From: Oscillospiraceae bacterium
GTDB lineage: Bacteria; Bacillota; Clostridia; Oscillospirales; Oscillospiraceae
Assembly (NCBI GenBank): GCA_031281195.1
Contig: JAITFS010000243.1
Coordinates: forward strand, 1 to 61,582
Direction of reading: 5' to 3'
DNA: 61,582 nt
Below, piece after piece: positions 57,404 through 61,582 of this stretch. How positions within the stretch are numbered: position 1 is the first letter of the stretch; each line of letters starts with the position of its first letter. The notes below the pieces were generated by a model. That model searched no databases. It was not told where the DNA came from and saw only the letters and a program-made list of their open reading frames with translations. A program made the translations under genes and the position numbers.

Positions 57404-58552
57404 TTAACCGTGATTTCTTAAATACATGTGGAATATATTTTCTGCATTGTTCCTTCGTATGTTCAAACTGTTAAATGATATTCTACCTTCATTAATCCCT
57501 GTATTAAATGGAGAGTTAAGTCGAGCTTCAAGAACCCCGGGGTCAAGAATATTGTTTGTATCTCCAAATCCTGCCGATGGACGTAGGTTCATTGAACAAA
57601 ACAGTTCTGCATAAGACCTGGCTCCTTCCGGACCTGTTGTATGCGTTGGATGATTTACAAATTGCATATAATTACGTTCTGATGTATGCTGCAGCTCATA
57701 AAACATGTAATTAATCTGAACAAAAAGCACGTGGTCAAGAAAATCAATCGGGTGGATATGACGTGGATTTGTACAAACCCCGTCTAGGTGTTTATTCATC
57801 TCTGCTTCAAAGGCTTCTCTTGATATTCCATTCGCCCACATATAGTTCTCTACTAAAGTTCGACGTCCAAATGACCATTGCATAAGTCCGATACCAATTC
57901 TAGTTGATACCTCTTGCTGGAATGGACAAAGTGTACTTCCTGCTTCAGATTGTAAATTACCAATTATCCCTGCTATATGAGCAGGACGATCAGAAATACC
58001 GGGAAAATGTGCTCTTACCATGTGATTCCAAACTCTGACTATCATTGTATCACCTGCTAATGTATTTGCAGGTGGTGGAACTGTACCAACATTTATTCCA
58101 TACGATTCACAAATCTCACCAAATTCCACTGAGTTAATAAACCCAACAAAAACATCATATCTTGACATATTTGTTTTCATTCTTTCCAGCCATGCGTTCC
58201 AACCAAATGCTTCAGGTTTACGCCCTAAAATAGCTCTGTACAATATTTCTAAATATTGCTCATTAGAAAGATTTCTATTAAGAAACTCTGTACTATAAAA
58301 GAACCCATGTGCCATACGAGCTCCATCAGTTTCTCCTCTTTTAAGTCTATTAGTCCACTCACCAAACCCATACGCTTCAGGTCTACGTTCTAAAACAAGT
58401 AAATAAAGTCTTTCAACAAATCCATTAATACCAGCTTCATTAATATGTACCTCGTCTTCTTGTGCATAGCCCACAAAACCATTAATTGCAAACGAAAATA
58501 CCATAGTAATCAAAATTAATATCGATATGATTGATTTTTTTAATCTCTTCAT
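57404..58552 (-). CDS. Secreted protein: signal peptide + two DUF4214 repeats + C-terminal phage-tail-lysozyme-like (Phage_lysozyme2-type) domain
   Basis: Start set at MKRLKKSIISILILITMVFSFAING (ATG complement at 58550-58552). DUF4214 repeats: VERLYLLVLERRPEAYGFGEWTNRL and LEILYRAILGRKPEAFGWNAWLERM. Lysozyme-like part: IAGIIGNLQSEAG...GIGLMQWSFGRR. Confidence 0.6.
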   Translation of the reverse strand: MKRLKKSIISILILITMVFSFAINGFVGYAQEDEVHINEAGINGFVERLYLLVLERRPEAYGFGEWTNRLKRGETDGARMAHGFFYSTEFLNRNLSNEQYLEILYRAILGRKPEAFGWNAWLERMKTNMSRYDVFVGFINSVEFGEICESYGINVGTVPPPANTLAGDTMIVRVWNHMVRAHFPGISDRPAHIAGIIGNLQSEAGSTLCPFQQEVSTRIGIGLMQWSFGRRTLVENYMWANGISREAFEAEMNKHLDGVCTNPRHIHPIDFLDHVLFVQINYMFYELQHTSERNYMQFVNHPTHTTGPEGARSYAELFCSMNLRPSAGFGDTNNILDPGVLEARLNSPFNTGINEGRISFNSLNIRRNNAENIFHMYLRNHG

Positions 58553-58583
58553 AAAACCCTGCCTTTCTTTACACCGGTAAGGA

Positions 58584-58612
58584 ATTATAGCATTTGTTAC
58601 AACAAATGTCAA
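58584..58612 (-). promoter_or_regulatory. Consensus sigma-A promoter of the lysozyme-like gene: -35 TTGACA (complement of 58607-58612), 17 nt, -10 TATAAT (complement of 58584-58589)
   Basis: Both hexamers are perfect with optimal spacing, read directly. This places the track's 20-codon N-terminal extension outside the transcript. Confidence 0.65.
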
Positions 58613-58644
58613 GTGTTTACAAATATTTTACAATTTGTAAACAC
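58591..58644. promoter_or_regulatory. Operator-like palindromes: CATTTGTT-AC-AACAAATG (58591-58608, inside the promoter spacer) and GTGTTTACAAAT-N8-ATTTGTAAACAC (58613-58644, abutting the -35)
   Basis: Perfect inverted repeats read directly. They share an ATTTGT core, and a further TTTGTAAA copy lies at about 58653. Confidence 0.45.
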
Positions 58645-58883
58645 TTCTAAAGTTTGTAAAAAATATTTTTCATACCTATTACAACTTTAAACGTTAAAAT
58701 ATACATATTTTTGTAGATATCTGTAACTCTCTTGTGTAAACAAGTATGGTTTTTCTACATTTTGTAACTCTTTTGTTGATGAGAAACGTGTATAGACAAG
58801 ATAGAATATTCTCTATATTCTAATATACAAATTAATTAGAGATTTTATCCACGGTTTAACTAATATAAGGAGCTGATCCAATC

Positions 58884-59948
58884 ATGAAAAAGGAAAAAGT
58901 AATTATTACATTCGTTTTAATTCCAATATTACTTTTTATATCATTAACTCGTAGTGGTGCAATAAATGAAGATGATGTAATTATTTATGAAGCAGAAATG
59001 TTTTCTGTATCATCAATGCCACTTAATCGTGTAATTTTTTCATCTACAACAAATATTGAGGAATTAAAATATGATGGAATTGCATCTTATGAAGATCAAC
59101 TTTTAGGATTATCAAATGAAATAAAACCTGTCATAGAAATAAGCAATACAACAAATAATCTTTGGGAGCTTAGTGTAAGCTATTCCGATTTCTTAGTAAA
59201 TGGTGTTGTTGACAATCATTTACGATTTGCTTATCTGGATTTTGAAAGTGATATAAATGATAGCATTGATAATTCTCATATTATTTTTGAGCCTAATACA
59301 TCTCAACTAATTCACACATCAACTAGTAATAATATAGTGTATAGTATTGCTTGGGATAATGAGAGTGGTGATTTAATAAAACTTCATCTCCCTGCATATA
59401 GACATGATTTAAAAGATAAAGAAATCTCTAGCACAATTACATGGCAAATTGAGCTTACTCCAAGCTCTGGTGAGACTTCACATATTTGGGGTGAATGGAA
59501 TAATCATATACGAAGCTGCATTTTTTGTGATTTTCTTGATTCACATATTCCAACATGGTCAAGTTTTCATCAAAATGCTACCCAATGCTGGCAAATCTGT
59601 ACATATCCGGAATGTCCTGCTGAACAAAACAGAGGAAATCACACATGGGGTGGTTGGTCATCTATTAGTTCTACACAGCATCGTAGGCATTGCACAAAAT
59701 GTGGAGCGAGTGGGGATACACAAAATCATAGTTTTTCATGGCACTTTACAAGTTATACTAATGCAACACATCAACACAGGTGCGGTGGTTGTGGATTTAA
59801 TAATTCCGGAGAAGTTGGTTGCTCACGCGGTCCTTACAGTCATGACTATGCTAATGGTAATTGTATTAGTTACTGTACTGTATGCCCCGGGCATCAGCGC
59901 ACCGGTCAATGTTTAATGATTGCCGGCGTTTGTAGAAGATTTGGATAA
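58884..59948 (+). CDS. Secreted surface protein: signal peptide + WxL-like domain + C-terminal Cys/His/Trp-rich repeat region
   Basis: Signal peptide KVIITFVLIPILLFISL. WxL-type motifs: NNLWELSVSYSDF and SSTITWQIELTPS. These are followed by four or five H-x-W-x-x-W...H...C-x-x-C(G) repeats. AAGGAG SD. Confidence 0.5.
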   Translation: MKKEKVIITFVLIPILLFISLTRSGAINEDDVIIYEAEMFSVSSMPLNRVIFSSTTNIEELKYDGIASYEDQLLGLSNEIKPVIEISNTTNNLWELSVSYSDFLVNGVVDNHLRFAYLDFESDINDSIDNSHIIFEPNTSQLIHTSTSNNIVYSIAWDNESGDLIKLHLPAYRHDLKDKEISSTITWQIELTPSSGETSHIWGEWNNHIRSCIFCDFLDSHIPTWSSFHQNATQCWQICTYPECPAEQNRGNHTWGGWSSISSTQHRRHCTKCGASGDTQNHSFSWHFTSYTNATHQHRCGGCGFNNSGEVGCSRGPYSHDYANGNCISYCTVCPGHQRTGQCLMIAGVCRRFG

Positions 59949-60842
59949 CTACATATTATCTAATTGATTGATAAACCTCTCTAATGCATCTTGCCAAGTA
60001 GGTAATCTTGTAAATCCATTTTCATCAAGACTAGATTTAGATAATCTTGAATTCTTGGGACGAACCGCTTTAGTTGGGTATTCTTCTGTTGATATTGGAT
60101 TAATCTTGCAAATTTTGACATCATAGTTTTTACTATTATCAGCTACATTCGCATTGTTAATTTGCATTATCTCAGTAGCAAACTCTGCCCATGAGCAAAA
60201 CCCTTCGTTTGTAGCGTGATATTCACCATATTTTTCAGAAAAAATCATATCGCACAGAAGCTTTGCCAAATCTACAGTATATGTTGGACTACCGATTTGA
60301 TCAGCTACAACATTAATCTCATCTCTTGTTTCAGATAGCTTTAACATAGTTTTCACAAAGTTGTTTCCGGTTATACCAAAAACCCACGATATTCTTACTA
60401 TGTAATACTTCTCCAGACTTTCTATAACAACTTTTTCACCCGCAAGCTTACTTTTCCCATAAACAGATATAGGAATTTTTGGTGAATCTATCTCATAAGG
60501 CACATCACCTTTTCCATCAAAAACATAATCAGTGCTAATGTAAATCATCTCAGCACCAATTTCTTGACATAACTTTACAATATTTTCTGTACCAACAACA
60601 TTAACTTTATAACATAACTCCGGTTCATCCTCTGCTTTATCTACAGCAGTATATGCAGCGCAGTGAATTACAGATTGAATATCATACTTACCATTTATTT
60701 CAATAAAATAGTTTTTGATTTCTACTTCATCTGTTATGTCAACATCCGCAATATCTATACCAATATGTGGTATATTTCTTTTCTCTAACTCACGAACAAC
60801 ATCTGTTCCTAATTGTCCTGCGGCTCCTGTTACTATTATCAT
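59949..60842 (-). CDS. rmlD: dTDP-4-dehydrorhamnose reductase
   Basis: [43 protein letters not shown]; 297 aa. ATGA overlap with rmlB. Confidence 0.85.
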   Translation of the reverse strand: MIIVTGAAGQLGTDVVRELEKRNIPHIGIDIADVDITDEVEIKNYFIEINGKYDIQSVIHCAAYTAVDKAEDEPELCYKVNVVGTENIVKLCQEIGAEMIYISTDYVFDGKGDVPYEIDSPKIPISVYGKSKLAGEKVVIESLEKYYIVRISWVFGITGNNFVKTMLKLSETRDEINVVADQIGSPTYTVDLAKLLCDMIFSEKYGEYHATNEGFCSWAEFATEIMQINNANVADNSKNYDVKICKINPISTEEYPTKAVRPKNSRLSKSSLDENGFTRLPTWQDALERFINQLDNM

Positions 60843-61582
60843 CTGTTTTTATACATCTTATCGTAATATTTTTGATACTCTCCATCGAGAATGTTTTGCC
60901 ACCAGCTTTTATTATCAATATACCACTTAATTGTTTCTTTAAGTCCATCTTCAAACTTAGTTTCCGGTAACCAGCCAAGTTCATTACTTATTTTTGTCGG
61001 GTCTATGGCATAACGCATATCGTGACCCGGTCGGTCAGTGACATAGTTAATAAGAGATTCCGGTTTTCCAAGCTCGTGTAGTATTGCTTTTACAACTTCA
61101 AGATTTGTTCTCTCGTTATGTCCGCCAATGTTATACACCTCACCAACTGTTCCGTTACGAACAATCAAATCCACAGCTCGACAATGATCTACAACATATA
61201 ACCAGTCACGTACATTTTCACCCTTTCCGTATACAGGCAACGGTTTGTCATGCATAGCATTAATAATCATTAGTGGTATAAGCTTTTCCGGAAAGTGATA
61301 AGGGCCATAGTTATTGCTGCAACGTGATATTGTAATTGGCATTTTATATGTGCGTGCATAAGCACCACATAATAAATCCGCTCCTGCTTTTGAAGCTGAG
61401 TATGGACTTGATGTATGTATCGGTGTTAACTCTGTAAATAACAAGTCCGGTCTATCTAGCGGTAAATCACCATAAACCTCATCGGTTGATACTTGATGAT
61501 ATCTACTCACACCAAACTCTCTTGAAGCATCAAGCAAAACTTGTGTTCCGATGATATTTGTTGTTAGAAAAACACCGGGATT
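60839..61582 (-). CDS. rmlB: dTDP-glucose 4,6-dehydratase; N-terminus runs off the window end
   Basis: The reading frame stays open to 61582 (..[40 protein letters not shown]..). [11 protein letters not shown] and [14 protein letters not shown] are present. The track's Met at 61537 is internal. Confidence 0.85.
   Translation of the reverse strand, partial: NPGVFLTTNIIGTQVLLDASREFGVSRYHQVSTDEVYGDLPLDRPDLLFTELTPIHTSSPYSASKAGADLLCGAYARTYKMPITISRCSNNYGPYHFPEKLIPLMIINAMHDKPLPVYGKGENVRDWLYVVDHCRAVDLIVRNGTVGEVYNIGGHNERTNLEVVKAILHELGKPESLINYVTDRPGHDMRYAIDPTKISNELGWLPETKFEDGLKETIKWYIDNKSWWQNILDGEYQKYYDKMYKNR

Noticed and set aside
58553-58612. N-terminal extensions proposed by the ORF track. These affect the starts at 58612, 38989, 18866, 12111 and 10144 on the minus strand, and at 51205 on the plus strand.
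   Set aside because: In each case an internal start has a proper SD and begins the conserved protein (signal peptide, MKKLKVMTILG, MKIVYITPD, MGIIPIV, MNKIPIV, TTG at 51265). For 58612 and 12111 the extension would also lie upstream of the predicted promoter -10 element.
59449-59916. 155-aa same-strand alternative-frame ORF inside the WxL-like gene.
   Set aside because: It has no SD and a hydrophobic low-complexity translation. The overlapping frame carries the coherent Cys/His repeat pattern and is continuous with the signal peptide and WxL part.
61537-61582. Met at 61537 as the start of rmlB.
   Set aside because: The frame stays open to the window edge and the upstream residues ([19 protein letters not shown]) are conserved RmlB sequence. 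The gene is simply truncated by the window.
1-61582. Search for CRISPR arrays, tRNA/rRNA genes, IS elements, transposases, integrases, DGR or invertible-promoter (inverted-repeat flanked) switches, and toxin or defence genes.
   Set aside because: I found no direct-repeat/spacer arrays, no cloverleaf-like GC-rich islands, no DDE or tyrosine-recombinase-like ORFs, and no long inverted repeats flanking the promoter regions. Intergenic space is very small apart from the five regulatory gaps described.
1-61582. A/T8 homopolymers inside several GT genes (for example near 9615, 16567, 21580, 32275, 43323, 44546, 46536) as phase-variation switches.
   Set aside because: Runs of 7-8 A/T are expected by chance at this base composition, and none sits in an obviously privileged 5' position. 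Only the A9 run in the GtrA-family gene was kept, as a low-interest note.
1-61582. LicD, TagD, Wzx/Wzy, Wzm/Wzt, WecA/PglC-type and LCP genes hidden among the unassigned ORFs.
   Set aside because: None of the unassigned proteins shows the corresponding motifs by eye: GTLLGA/DxD for LicD, HxGH for TagD, the MraY-like loops, or the LCP fold. Their absence is reported as an observation, not as proof, because the window covers only part of the locus.

Overview
AT-rich 61.6-kb window with Firmicutes/Clostridia-like signals (AGGAGG-type SDs, frequent TTG/GTG starts, many 4-nt ATGA stop/start overlaps). It is almost entirely a cell-envelope glycopolymer biosynthesis mega-locus. I can support 47 CDS. 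I found no rRNA, tRNA, CRISPR, IS element, integrase or prophage gene. Layout: (1) left edge has an FkbM methyltransferase (truncated), an 845-aa polytopic membrane protein and a 604-aa putative transferase. (2) 5.3-12.1 kb holds seven head-to-tail GT8 glycosyltransferase paralogues. (3) 12.2-17.7 kb is a plus-strand operon: GT2, a formyltransferase-like fusion protein, a paralogous GT2, and a PglK/MsbA-type fused ABC exporter. (4) 17.7-51.1 kb is a single-strand (minus) block of about 26 genes. It contains GT4/GT2 enzymes, two SAM methyltransferases, a duplicated module of unrecognised membrane proteins next to a GtrB/CsbB-type GT2, a 1434-aa four-domain glycosyltransferase, manC, the UDP-L-FucNAc genes (fnlA/B/C = capE/F/G type), a GacI/GacJ-like pair, further polytopic membrane proteins, a WbuB-like GT4 and an LtaS/GacH-like transferase. 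(5) 51.2-53.4 kb encodes a small membrane protein and an unusual YidC-insertase::TagF-type phosphotransferase fusion. (6) 53.4-56.8 kb encodes a BCCT transporter plus a wHTH-LicC-LicA fusion (choline uptake and CDP-choline synthesis). (7) The right side has a GtrA flippase, a secreted DUF4214/lysozyme-like protein, a WxL-like surface protein with a Cys/His-rich tail, and rmlD plus truncated rmlB (dTDP-rhamnose). No Wzx, Wzy, Wzm/Wzt, priming phosphoglycosyl transferase, LCP ligase, LicD or TagD is recognisable in the window. Most interesting items: the duplicated two-part membrane module (21.6-28.7 kb), the YidC::TagF fusion, the seven-gene GT8 array with mosaic near-identical tracts and one degenerate member, two compact bidirectional promoter nodes, and a consensus promoter embedded in palindromes at 58.6 kb. 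All family assignments come from motif recognition by eye; no database search or numerical computation was run.
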